64,000 bases of DNA from Octopus vulgaris (taxonomy: Eukaryota): the NCBI GenBank assembly GCA_951406725.2, contig OX597832.1, forward strand, positions 8,432,001-8,496,000, written 5' to 3'. Below are positions 1 to 12,482 of the stretch, piece by piece; positions within the stretch are counted from its first letter, which is position 1, and each line of letters starts with the position of its first letter. The notes beneath the pieces were generated by a model. That model ran no database searches, was not told where the DNA came from, and was given only the letters and a program-made list of their open reading frames with translations. The translations under genes were made by a program, and so were the position numbers.

Positions 1-500
1 GTACTACACCTCCTCAGCTGCTCCAAATAACGCCAAGTCGTTTCATCTCCAGGGAAGTCGGTGGCCTCAGTCTGTTGCGATGCAAAAAGTCTTATGTTTA
101 TTGACTTCAAAAAGGCGACCCTATCACTGGAGTGTACTATAACAACTTGTTGAAACAGTCACGGATGACGATCGAAATCAAACGCGCGAAAAAACTGACG
201 AAACGTGTCTTCTTTTAATAAGGATAATACTCCAGCAAACAAGTCCTTAGTTACAATGTCTGATGTACTTGGCAGTGACTTTGAACTGCCAGATCATCAC
301 ACATATTATCCTGATTTGGCCCCATCTGTCTATCATCTATTCTTCAACATGAAAAAAAAACCAAAACACTGTTGACATTCTATTTGCTGTTGTTGAATTT
401 GTGAGCAACAGGATGAGACCTTCTTCATCAATGAGAGTCAAGCACTGCAACATCGATAGAAGTGTGTGGACTGCAAGGAGGTCTATGTTTAATAATAAAC
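1..500 (+). mobile_element. Decayed mariner (Tc1/mariner, DD34D) transposase, C-terminal part
   Basis: Interrupted frames read KVVSSPGKSVASV, MFIDF, KDN(T)P and HHTYYPDLAPSVYHLF (cctgatttggccccatctgtctatcatctattc at ~310-342), matching the mariner YSPDLAPSDYHLF motif. Same family as 30000-30670. Confidence 0.8.
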
Positions 501-832
501 CGCAAATGGTTGCTTTCCTTGACTAGGATGTTTTTGTAGTCTAGCACATGACTTTAAAACCCGATATTGTCATACACATTTAGTGACATATGACACAATT
601 TGTAAGGGATGGTTGGGGTTCAAGATTTGTACCTGCCTGAGCATTTCGATGTTCATGTGACTACATATGATTCGCGTATCCTGCTTTTGACAACAGAAAA
701 CGATCGAACAAAATACATTCACTGTTGATTTCAGTTCCAATTATTCTTTTCCGAGAGGCCTTTTTTACACATACATACATACATTCATACATATATACAC
801 GCACACACACATACACAAACACAGACACACAT

Positions 833-872
<40 letters not shown>

Positions 873-1065
873 GTATGTATGTATAAAAAATATATATAAA
901 AAGACAATATGGGACAAGAACGCAAAACACTCAAAGAGACGACACAAAAAACGGACGGGTCATTCGAAGCCTCTAATCTTCAGTCAAGAACCGGATCATC
1001 CTCGCAATTTCGGCTGATTAATCTTGATATATATATGTGTGTGCGGGTATATACATACATATACA

Positions 1066-1129
<64 letters not shown>

Positions 1130-2492
1130 AACAGCATAGTGGCTCGTGACACACTCAGGTCAAGGGTCAAGCAGTTGAACTGTACCTATGTACAGGCATC
1201 TTATTTGTATTTGATTTTTCTCTTCACTGTATTCTATTTCTAGAACATAGCGGTCTAGCTGAAACGTATGCTACTCTAAATAATAGACTTACTCCATAAT
1301 ACAATTATCGTTTATGTGAAAATGTGTGTGAGTACGATTGTTTCAAGTGGACAGAAAATGTACGGATATTAGGGTCAAGATTCGAATTCTGAAATAGAAA
1401 GTAGGTGAAGCGGGGTTGGCAACATATTTAATGCAATTCATTTAGTCTACCATTCTGCAATACATTAACTTCTTGTTGACTTTCAGGGAAAATCTGAAAA
1501 TAAGTTAGTCATTTTTCTAGAGATGTTCAATAAAAGGAGGAAAAAAGACATGATTCACAACATCTCATATCCCCCAGGAAAAGAATAAATAAGATGGAAT
1601 GAAATTACAGTTTGAATTTCAGATACTAAAACTTTCTCTATTTCACAGATTGAAGTATCTTGCACTGGTAAACCGAAACTTATTGACGAATAGATGTGTG
1701 TTAATGACTTCACCGCCTAGAAAGTATAGCAATCTAGTATTCAAAGTGCACAAATACTATATTAACGCAGGTTGACAATGAATAATATGGTACAACATTT
1801 ACAAAGATTTCTAATATCGAAAAATAGGTCATCATTTCTGGAACACTTTCCCTTAAAAGTTTGTTGGATAAGCTGTGATATGGCTTTCTTTATGACTGTT
1901 ATTGCTGTATATATCAAGGTTATATACAAAAATAGTCAAACACAATTGAAGGAAGAATTTTCAGCAAAAAGCGAACTCCTAAAGTACTAACTTATTTAAT
2001 GCTATTTTTCTAATTACATTTATATATTTTATATTCAAAGAATAGACCCAAAACAAGAAACGATCATATGAAAAAGAAACATAATTGCATGGAAATATAA
2101 AAGAAGAAACCCAGCAAATATTGAAAACTTGTAGCAAAACGAACCATTACTTCACATTTCTTATTAAAATATCTCCTGTTTAATAGTAGTCGGAACTCTG
2201 TCTGTCTGTCGTAAATAGATTTTTTATTGCGAAAATAAGTAGGTAGTTCATGTTTCTGAATAACGAAAAACAGAAAAAGAAATTCTAAAGAATAAGTAAA
2301 CACAAAACCCCTCTAACGAATTTATATACACATGGGTGTGTATGTTTGTATTCATATATACGAATATACAACTATGACAGTTCCATACATATACATACCT
2401 ACGTACGAATATGTGCATATATCTATAAGCACACACACACATATATAAATGTGTGTGTGTATGTATATATATGTATGTATATATAAAATATG

Positions 2493-2537
<45 letters not shown>

Positions 2538-3092
2538 ATGTATATACATACACATATATATATATACATATATAAAAATATATATGTATATATATATATA
2601 TACTTATACAGATGTAATATATGTGTACATGTATACACACACACGTACAAATAAATATATGCATATACGCATATTTGTATGTATATATATATATAGATAG
2701 ATAGATAGTTGTATAGGTACACAAAGAAATAGACGTCAAGAACATATATAATCACGCCTTTATTTGTATTCTAGACATTGTAAAACATATGTTGTTGTAT
2801 TCAGTACCAATATACTGATTTCCAAAGTGAAAACTTCGATGGTGATACTTTTTACATCACAAAAATATAGAAAGGAAAAAAGTAAAATGTTATTTTAAGT
2901 ATACATATGCGTATTTCTTGATTCATTTTTATAACATTGTATTGTATTTTGTGATAAACAGACGTATTGAAGGAAATACATCGATATGTGATATGTTATG
3001 TAGATGCTATTTCTCTCTTGTCTCTTGCTTCCTTATACTTCTGTAGACAAATACACGCAGGACAAACACGCAGACACAGTAATATGGTTGAT

Positions 3093-3129
<37 letters not shown>

Positions 3130-3214
3130 AAATATATATATATATGTATGTAAATATATATCTATATATATAAATATATATATACATATAGATATATACA
3201 TGTATACACACACG

Positions 3215-3347
<133 letters not shown>

Positions 3348-3580
3348 TTATATATATATACAAAAGTACTTAAATGTATGTGCACCCCTTCAGATAACGT
3401 GGATTTGATGTGGCGTTTGAGATAATGAGCGGCAAGAACATTTGATTACTATATACACAACTTTTGTGCAGGTCGTGCAGCTATAGTTGAACGCTCATAC
3501 GTCGCCTTTGCCGTATATGAAGACTTCAACGTATATGCATACTTACATCAATACATACATATTACATACATATATATTTG

Positions 3581-3619
<39 letters not shown>

Positions 3620-3623
<4 letters not shown>

Positions 3624-3988
3624 CAGTAATAATGTAGGGTGAAATTAATTAATTTGGAATAATTATTAATTTCACCATGTAGATTTCGGCATGTAAAAGC
3701 CCCATTTGAGGAAAGTTTAAGTAATACTAAGTAATTAAGGGTTTAGCAACGATTTGCCTCACCACACACCGAATTTAGAAATAGCAGTCAAAGAGTTATA
3801 GCTATTCCTTTCTACTAAAAGGGAGATCTCAGTAAACCCACAGCACTTGAAAGGCAAACACAGACAGGCAAGAGAGAAAGAAAATGACGACAATCGATCA
3901 TACAATAAAAAGTCACCTACGGACGTACGTTTCGAAATCAAGTTTTAGGAAAGCATAAGAATTAGATAATCCTGTCTTACCCAACTTC
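3620..3988 (-). mobile_element. Short non-coding element between (TA)n tracts carrying the 3' half of a hammerhead; probable truncated PLE pLTR
   Basis: The minus strand reads gaagttggg...cttgatttc (stem II), GAAA, CGTACG, TC, cgtagg. The CTGANGA half is replaced by (TA)n at 3989. Confidence 0.5.
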
Positions 3989-4039
3989 TATACATATATA
4001 TGTATATATGTATATATATATATACATATACATATATAT

Positions 4040-4240
4040 GTGACCTCGTGTGCACCGTTGGCGATATTTTTCCTCTGTCTTCCCTTCTCGGGATCTTTCC
4101 TTCTCCTATGTTTCCGACGAAGAGCTCCGCTCGAAACGTTAAACCCTCCTTCTCTTCTTCTTTCCTGAGCGTCCAATAATACTATATTTGTTCCACGTCC
4201 TCGCGTTGTTGTGTTTTTTTTGTGTTTTCCTGTTTGGATC

Positions 4241-4243
<3 letters not shown>
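4040..4243 (+). mobile_element. Short (TA)n-flanked PLE-tail-like element with a hammerhead-like motif
   Basis: gttt-CCGACGA-a-gagc(tcc)gctc-GAAACGTT-aaac at 4110-4144; T-rich tail running into (TA)n. Related to 51040-51367. Confidence 0.6.
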
Positions 4244-4302
<59 letters not shown>

Positions 4303-4699
4303 TATATATATTGTTGTGGAAAGAGTCATTGACATCCTTGGGAGATTGTAAGAATGGACTAGCCTAACTCTTATAAAGAGTAGAGGTCAGCAGCAATCGG
4401 GATAGAATATTTTCCTAGCCTCACGAAGTACATTGGTTAAACCTCAGCTGCATAATTTATATATCCTACATGTGTCAAGGATATAGAAGTATTTGGAAGT
4501 TATTCGAAGTTTGTGTCGGACGTATACATTTTTTGGGTTTCGAAACCAAAGAAATATTATTAACATACATGACATGTTGGCTTGTGTTGTACAGTTGCAA
4601 CAGCAACAACAGCAAAAGCAACAGTTGCAACAACAACCACAACCGCAGCAGCAGTAACAATAACTACAACAGCAACAACAAAAATACCGAGAGATACTG

Positions 4700-7032
4700 G
4701 AAGTAATATTGAATAAGTCTGAAAATACTTCAGGCTCGTCCTCGTCAAGCAGCGTAGATTATTCATTGAAGGGTTTCTTCATAATCCAGAAGAAGGTCGT
4801 ATTTTTCTGCATATTTTAGAAGATACGAAGAAATCTTCGAAGAAAAATGTAAAATTTGCACTGACGAGAAGGTGCGATTACTTTTAAATATATTTTGTCC
4901 CTGCCGAACACAAAAATTACAGCAATTATATTCTGCCGAAGAAAATATACATAAATATTACATACATATAAATAAAAATGTTTAAGAAATAAGGTAGAAT
5001 TTGTTTCGATGAAAGAGTTAATATTTTATCGAGGATTGTTCAATACCCGTTGGTAGTTATTAAATTTATTTAAAAACGATAAAGATGTCGTCATCTATAC
5101 AGGTGTCGTTAGCACAGTGTGAAATATTCAAATTAAACGAATTAGCCCCGGATGTATTCAAATCTCTAATTTTTTTGCAAGGGTTACCAGCAAGAAAAGA
5201 TGCTGATATACGTTCTCGTATATTAACAAATTTAGAGCAGGAACAAAAATTAACTCTACAGGCAGTGGTTGAAGAATGCCAGAAGTCTAAATTTAAGACA
5301 TGACGAGGATAAAATTGAAGAAAAAGATTGCTCTCAGAGACATGTGTGTCGACCTGAAACGGATACGAAAATCAGAAAAACGAACGTCAAACCAAATCCA
5401 TGCTGTGGATGCTGAGTTTACATTTTAAAAGTAATTGTCTTTTTAAAAATCGTAAATGTTTTGATTGGGGAAAAATTGAGAATGAAATCTCATTATAAAG
5501 CGAAACAAAAATAAAAGGATAAAAAACATTTTAGAAAGGATGTATTTTTTAAAACAAATTCTAAGCGAGGCTCAGAAAAGAAAATTTGTGTGTATAAAAA
5601 TGAATAAAATTAATATCAAATTACAATTGCGTACGGGCAAGGATATCACGATAATTAATGCAGATACATGGAGAAAAATAAGGAAACGTAGATTAAAGGA
5701 AACTTAGAAAACTGCGCGAGTTTTTTCAAGAAAATAGGTGTATTTTTTATGGGCGAAATGTTAAGTGTCGTTACATTTCGTGGTAAAACCTTGAAAGCCA
5801 AATTTTTTATGTTGAAAAATACGAAAACTGTATTTGGAACATACATGATAGAACTATTTGACTAATGGGGCCTTCTCATAAATATTATATGTAAAAATGT
5901 GAATGGCTCTTCCGCTAATTACAAATGAAGCGTCGGGGGATTTAAAAAAGAATTTAAAAAAAATTCCTGAAAAGAGGTGAGGTTTCAAGTGAAAGAAAAC
6001 GCTTTACCTGTATTTAAGCCTAGACGAACAATATATTTCGCAGCGTTGAAACAAGTCAAGGAAGAATTGGATAGACTTGAAAAGCTTGGCGTTATTGGAA
6101 AAATTGATCACACAAAATTGGCATCCCCGGCAGTTAATGTCAAGAAAAAAATTATAAAATCTGAGTATGAGCTGATTTCTCAACGGGATTAAACGAATAT
6201 TTAATGTCATATAATTACCCGTTACCAAGTATGGAAGACCTTTTCATGAAGTCGAATGAAGGAAATTTTCATTCGAATGAAGGAAAATATTCTCAAGAAT
6301 AATTACAGGTAAAAGTCCATGATCAATGATCAAAATTATTGACAATAAATACCCATAAAGGGTTGAATAAATTTAATCAACTTCCCTTTGGAATAAATGT
6401 AGCGCCTGACATTTTCCAGCAAATCATGGACATTACGCTTTCAGGTTTGGATTTTGTTGTAGCTTAACTTGACGACATATTCATAGAAAGTGAACTTGGA
6501 GTAAGCACGCTGAGCATGTTAAAAATGTCTTCAAAAGACTAAAATATTATGAGTTTAGTCTCAGCGGGGTAAAATGTGAATTTTTTATGACAAGAATATA
6601 ATATCTAGGGCAGATTATTGATATAAATAGATGCGGACCAGACCCGTCTAAGGCGAGTGCAATACAAAATGTCTCCTCCAATAAACTTTACAACGTTACT
6701 AGATTTGTTGGGGCTTCCAAATTACTACCAGTTTTACATACCAAATATGCAGGGTTTAAGGCCACGCCTGAATAACTTGTCTAAAAAAACAGACGTTAAC
6801 TGGACCTGGTCGGACAAATGCCAAAACCTTTTGAAAAATTAAAACCTTCTTAATGTCGGAATTGCCCTTATCACATTTTAACCCGTATTCAGAAATAGTA
6901 GTGACAGTAGATGCTACTGAAAGTGGGATGGGAGCTGTGATTTTACACAAGTATGAAGATGGTAGCCCGAAAGCAGTAGCTTATGCTTCGCGTTCATAAC
7001 TACCGGCTGAGAAAAATTACAGTCAAATAAAA
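4700..7032 (+). mobile_element. Decayed Ty3/gypsy LTR retrotransposon gag-PR-RT-RNaseH (K02A2.6/Mag-like), 3'-truncated
   Basis: Broken frames give AYFRRYEEIF (gag), PVFKPRRTIYFAALKQVKEELDRLEKLGVI, ADFSTGLN, YPLPSMEDLF, NTHKGL..LPFGINVAPDIFQQIMD, VA*LDDI (YLDD decayed), KCEFF, YLGQIID and VDATESGMGAVI..AVAYASRS*LPAEKNYSQI. Many stops and frameshifts; no integrase seen. Confidence 0.9.
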
Positions 7033-7089
7033 GACCTCTTTCTGTTTGAAAGATCTATCACTTACGTATTCATTACTCAAAAAAATTCT

Positions 7090-7495
7090 TTATTTTTAGA
7101 ACCCATCATGAATGGGAGTGGTGTACAATTGTTGCTCTGTTGTTCAAACGTCTTATGAAAACGACCTGTCTGTAATAGCGACGCATCGAGGGTTCCCTTG
7201 ACATTTTTGCGTTCGGTCGAAATGCATTTGTACCAGACAGGAAAAGGATTTTGCTTTGTATGTCTAATCTTCATGCAACTGGATCCACATAGGTAAGAAA
7301 ATCTTCTGACAGACCTAGAACTCCAGAATATATATCAATGACAGCTTCTTTCCGCAATCGTCAAAGCGATCTGCTCGTCAGCATAGCATATCACTGGAAA
7401 TATCTATCCGAAGTTTGAGGATGATTCTACATGCTGATTTGAAACTGCATCTTTACAAAATTATGTTAGTCCCAATAATTAACCGAGACAGACCA
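7090..7495 (-). mobile_element. Possible mariner 5' end / N-terminal HTH remnant
   Basis: The minus strand begins ggtctgtctcggttaattattgggact (TIR-like) and contains WYKCISTERKNVK, resembling mariner WYKRFKEGREDVE. Confidence 0.35.
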
Positions 7496-8163
7496 TAGTT
7501 TGTTTAGATCAATATATAAAATTCATAAATTTTTCTTTAAACTTTTCAAAACGTATTGCATTTCTTCTTATGAACTCCACTCAGGCACACTCATCCCATT
7601 CCTTACAGTTCGTCTATTCACATTTGTTGTGTTCGACCACACAGGCTTCACAATATTTACTACGTACAGCCCTTGCTTTCGGATCAGCGTCCTTGCTTAT
7701 GTCTTCCGCATGTGTTGATTTACAAATAGTTAGTTACCATAGTATTAAACCGTTCCCCTAGACCAGAAAGTAAAAACCGTCCTGAGAAACAGCTATGCAG
7801 CGAATGTCTTTAGGTTGTATAGCTTCAGTACGGATAGTACATGACATCGATTGAAGTACATCAAAATGTTCTGTCATATACCTAATTTCAAGATCAAAAT
7901 ATAATATTAAAACAAAACTGAGCTTGGGTATGTGTGCGTATGTGTGTGCATGCATATGTGTGCGTGTGTGTGTGTGCATATAAATTATAGCATATTTAAA
8001 TTTTTCTATATAATATATATAATGTCTTTCACTATTGAATTGCTTCATAGAAGTCATTTCTCTTAATTATATACATATATTATATATTGCGAAATTTGAT
8101 TTAGAATTGCTAAATTGAATTTTTCCCTGTAAGTTTGAAATTATATTCCCTACTATTATAATA

Positions 8164-8216
<53 letters not shown>

Positions 8217-8229
8217 CAATATTATAATA

Positions 8230-8264
<35 letters not shown>

Positions 8265-8297
8265 CAATATTTTTGCCATTATAATGCGTGTTCGTAT

Positions 8298-9974
8298 ATG
8301 TGCGTGTATATATATATATATTCACTCATAGACAGAGAAAAAATTGACATAATTCTATTAGCTAGAAAAACCATAATAGAATTCGACGGTAGACTCTGGA
8401 CCAGATCCGATACCCCCGACAATTTCGATGTGGCTATGGGCTCGAGCGATTCAGCTCAGGTGACTGACTTGGTCGGGGCCTACCTGCTCAAGAAGCTTTT
8501 CTCCGAGGTACCGGATCTTCAGGGGGGTCTATACAGAGACGACGCTCTCTTCATATACCCCACCAATAATAGGAGTAAACTAGAAAGAATTAGGAAAAAG
8601 ATCAGGCTTTTTTTCAAATCCTTCAATCTTAAACTAGAATTTATGACCAATACTAAAATAGTTAACTTCTTAGATGTTACGTTAGATTTGAATAAGCACC
8701 TTCACTACCCGTATAGGAAACCAGAAGAAACTACCAAATACATCCATACCTCTTCCAACCATCCACCCTGTATAATTAGCACCACAGTCCAAGCCATCTC
8801 AGACAGACTGACAAAACTATCCTCTAATAGAGAAATTTTCAATAATCATGCACAACACTACAACCAGGCTCTCTATAGTGCCGGGTATAACCAGAGAATA
8901 TCATATGTAGACCAACCGGGAGCGTCCGTCGACCATAAGACTCCCAATTATAATCGAACTCAGCACTCAACTCACACTACCAATAAGTCTAATTCAAACT
9001 CCAAACAACGTATAGGAAATAGGCGAACTAATAGAACAGCACACAATAGTAACCCTCCCGACGAGAGCAATATAGATCCTATTAGGAGAAATAGAAGGGA
9101 TAATAGTAGATTACGCAAATATATATGGTTCAACATACCTTTCAACTTAGCAGTTAGGGGTAAGTTATGTAAGAGAATATTCTCTATAATTTCCAGCAAC
9201 TTCCCACCCACCCACAAATATAGAAGTATCTTCTCCAACAAAACTATTAGGATTTCCTACTCTACCCTGCCCAACATGAGCTGCCTCCTAGCTAAACATA
9301 ACTATATTAATATTAGAACAGCTAGATCAAGAGCAAACCATAGCGACCAACAGAACCCCCCTCATCTAGACAGTAGGCAATATAACCAGACTGGCAGCCA
9401 TACTACCCAAGCAGTTAGTAATAACACCCGCCAACACAACAGAGGAAATACTACACCCATCAACAACCAGGAGGATACCAACGCCCCCACTCGTATTGCA
9501 ACACCTCCGCCTGGGATTAGCAGCACACGACCGAATAATGCAATGCAATGCAACTGCAGATGTGCATCAGAGTGCCCGCTGCAGGGCGCATGCAGGGCGA
9601 AAAACGTAATATACTCATGTGAGGTGAGTACTCAGTTTAACACACTCACCTATATTGGTTGCTCAACCTCCTGGAAATCCAGATACTACAACCACCGGTC
9701 CTCGCTGAGACATAGACATAAGGCTAACAGCACCTCCCTCTCTAAAAGAATTTGGGAATTAAAAGACAAATGCATAGGCTTCAAACTCAGATGGTCCATC
9801 ATCGGATCAGCTGCACCTTATTTAAATAATAGAGCAGGATGCCAACTATGCTGTGTAGAACTCCTGAACATCTTGAAATTCAAAGACAAACACAATCTTA
9901 TTAACAAAAGGTCAGAGTTCAAACCATCCTGTATACATAAACTTATTAATACTTTCAAATACTACAATGCTTAG
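8298..9974 (+). CDS. Penelope-like element ORF (5'-truncated RT + Cys linker + GIY-YIG endonuclease), Naiad-type
   Basis: Uninterrupted 558-aa frame containing FDVAMGSSDSAQVTDLVG, GGLYRDDAL (8532-8543), VNFLDVTLDL, PYRKP..YIHTSSNHPP, IWFNIPF, IRISYSTLPNM, CNCRCASECPLQGAC, VIYSC..YIG, RYYNH, SLSKRIWELK, CQLCCVE and LINKRSE..CIH. The first ~9 codons are microsatellite-derived, so the listed start is not the real one. Confidence 0.95.
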   Translation: MCVYIYIYSLIDREKIDIILLARKTIIEFDGRLWTRSDTPDNFDVAMGSSDSAQVTDLVGAYLLKKLFSEVPDLQGGLYRDDALFIYPTNNRSKLERIRKKIRLFFKSFNLKLEFMTNTKIVNFLDVTLDLNKHLHYPYRKPEETTKYIHTSSNHPPCIISTTVQAISDRLTKLSSNREIFNNHAQHYNQALYSAGYNQRISYVDQPGASVDHKTPNYNRTQHSTHTTNKSNSNSKQRIGNRRTNRTAHNSNPPDESNIDPIRRNRRDNSRLRKYIWFNIPFNLAVRGKLCKRIFSIISSNFPPTHKYRSIFSNKTIRISYSTLPNMSCLLAKHNYINIRTARSRANHSDQQNPPHLDSRQYNQTGSHTTQAVSNNTRQHNRGNTTPINNQEDTNAPTRIATPPPGISSTRPNNAMQCNCRCASECPLQGACRAKNVIYSCEVSTQFNTLTYIGCSTSWKSRYYNHRSSLRHRHKANSTSLSKRIWELKDKCIGFKLRWSIIGSAAPYLNNRAGCQLCCVELLNILKFKDKHNLINKRSEFKPSCIHKLINTFKYYNA

Positions 9975-11715
9975 GTCTTATACCAACTCCCCCATGCTAT
10001 TTCCTCCCACCCGGTGCAACCTGTCGGCTCCAGCACATCCCGCTTTCCTATATGTGCGTGTGTATGTGTGTGTGTGTGTGTGTGTGCGTGTGTATGTGCG
10101 CATACGTGTACGTATGTGTACATATACATATATATATATATGTGTGCCACCTCCATCTCATGTTAAACTTTACAAAATTATATTTTTACCTTATTTTTTT
10201 ATTTTATTTTATTTTATTTTTATTTTTATTTTTATTTTTACTTTTATCCTACTTCCTTTTATTTTTATTTTTAATTTTATTTTTACTTTTATTCTACTTC
10301 CATTTACTCTCATTTTCATTTTCATCCCTTACCTTAACTCTTATAACCCTTATAATTCTTATATTTCATTTCTAACTATTACATTGTATTTCTTATTTTA
10401 TACTGTATTTTTTATTTCTAATATTTACCCTTACCCTCATTCTTACCCCTAATTTATCGCTTTACACCTCTATATATGTTTATTTACTTACCTATGGATC
10501 CGCCTTTTGAGTATGCGAGCGTCCGCGTACGTGTGTATGCGCATACATACATATGCACGCGCGTATATGTACATGCATACTTCGATATCTTATGGCTATA
10601 CCCATGTGCGCGTGTGTCTCTGTGTGTGTATATGAGTGTATATGTGCACGCACATACGGACACACAGCCGTGTGTGCGTGCGCGTATTAACATGAGTACG
10701 GGATTCTTTACATACGTTCTTATACACATCCTTTAATACCTTATACCTAGACCTAGAGGCGTGGGCATATACGTGTGTGTATGTAGTGAGGGGCGCGCGT
10801 ATATACATGTGAGCGGGTACGCGCGTAATGCTCGTCTATATATGCGGATATTCTGTTGTATGTATGTGTGTGTGCGCGCGTGCGTGTGGGTGCGTGTGTG
10901 TTTATGTACGTGTTTACACGCGAGTGCGTGTGTATGCTTATAGGCTTGGAGACGTATATGTACGCGTGTATGTGGGTGTATGTATCCATGATGATATGTA
11001 TGTACTGGAAGTCCATTTAATTCAAGGAACCAGATTAAATTCTCATCAGCTCTGATTTACGACGAAACTGTTAATTTACTGACAGTTCTACAACTAAGTT
11101 TTATCAATCTCCTGACCACCATGCTTGGTCCACGACCTCTATACATCCCTTATCTTTACATTCTTTTACACTTTTATCATGTTTTTATCAGGTTCTTTTA
11201 CTTATTTTACTATTATTTCCATTTCTATTTTTACTTTACAACCTTATGCCTTTACATTTCTTTATATTTCTTTATATTTCTTTATACCCCCTTTACATCT
11301 CCTTACAACTCTTTATATCTTTATCCTCTACATTTTTATATTATTCTATACGTACATTTTTTATATATATTTTTTATCCCTCGTCCCGAACTCTCGCCCC
11401 TCCATCTTCACCTCTATATACGTATTTATTTATTTACATTACCTCAACATCCAAGTTTCCTCATTCTACATTGAGAGAAGAAAGAGATGGACGCTTCAAT
11501 TCTATGCTGCTGCCGCATTATGTCGTACGTGAACGAGAGGATTTGCATCCCCAACCAAGAATTTTTGATGTAACACATGTCCTTGTGGAAGCTGTTGTGC
11601 GCGGCTGAAGAAGGCCACAGACATACATTATGCTTTGTTATAAATCTGTCTAATAAAGGCCCGAAACATATGTACCGCTGAGTCCTTCGCCTCATGTTTT
11701 TATTTTTATTTTGAT

Positions 11716-11718
<3 letters not shown>
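8320..11718 (+). mobile_element. Extent of the young PLE insertion: ORF plus ~1.7 kb low-complexity 3' region ending in HHR, flanked by (TA)n
   Basis: Starts directly after (TA)n at ~8320 and ends tttgatcaa|(TA)n at ~11718. The hammerhead is ~40 bp before the end. Confidence 0.75.
11601..11678 (+). ncRNA. Type I hammerhead ribozyme (PLE pLTR type)
   Basis: gcgg-CTGAAGA-a-ggcc...(~40 nt loop)...ggccc-GAAA-catatg-TA-ccgc. Stem I gcgg/ccgc, palindromic stem III ACATATGT, GUA cleavage triplet. Confidence 0.85.
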
Positions 11719-11779
<61 letters not shown>

Positions 11780-11930
11780 ATATATATATATGTATATCAA
11801 GTTGATAGCGAATAATTTAAACGAATATGTAGTAAGATTTTCTCGCTCTCCTAGAATCTGACAAGAAAAAAAAACAAAACAAAAGGAATTGCATGTATAT
11901 AATTGAAAAGAAAATTACAATTTGACAATA

Positions 11931-12152
11931 CAGTAATTCCTTCGCCATATCGCGGTTCACATATCGCAGTTTATTATTTAAGCTTACGTCGATTTCTCTG
12001 TGATGTTGTTTTGCATTTATGATAAAATAAATATATTCAAATTAAAAAAAAATAATAGTAAAAAAATATGCAGTAGTATTTCTACTTCGCGGATTTTCAC
12101 CTATCGCGAGGTGTTTTGGAATATAACACCCACGATAATTCAGAGATTACTG
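11931..12152. mobile_element. Tigger/pogo-like MITE
   Basis: ta|cagtaattcct ... gagattactg|ta: CAGT...ACTG termini, TA flanks and internal repeats of tatcgcg. Confidence 0.7.
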
Positions 12153-12451
12153 TATATGGACAGCTGGCTTAAATTTGAATATAAGAAATAAATAACCGAA
12201 GATGAGATGACGGAACACTGGGTGTGCATTAAGTGGAATACTGAAATGCTTTGAATTTTATGAATAAGAGTCGAGTATCAGTTGTATAGACTTGTTGTTG
12301 GAGAAACCACGACAATCGCTGTCATGTCTTTTCCTATTTTGTATACTTTTCTCCCATACATCTCCTATTCTTTTTATATGCGACTTATTTTACTTGTTGT
12401 TTTACACCTCTCATTATTAAGAAACAATATTAAATAATATATATTACAAAG

Positions 12452-12482
<31 letters not shown>

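Noticed and set aside
900-1030. Short (TA)n-flanked repeat with GAAA and CTGAAGA on the minus strand
   Set aside because: The stems do not pair in any HHR topology. It is probably a repeat tail but cannot be classified.
4312-4440. TG...CA segment followed by TGGT as the gypsy 5' LTR/PBS
   Set aside because: No second LTR for comparison and no clear tRNA complementarity.
8321-8331. ttcactcatAG as a splice acceptor (intron-containing PLE or domesticated exon)
   Set aside because: The codons upstream (YSLID) still look PLE-like, no upstream exon was found, and truncation at a TA microhomology is simpler.
11020-11095. CTGATGA (minus strand) and GAAAC hairpin (plus strand) inside the PLE tail
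   Set aside because: They cannot be assembled into a complete hammerhead on one strand.
9975-11600. SECIS element downstream of the Naiad-type ORF
   Set aside because: No convincing AUGA-AA-GA stem found by eye, and the visible ORF has no in-frame UGA.
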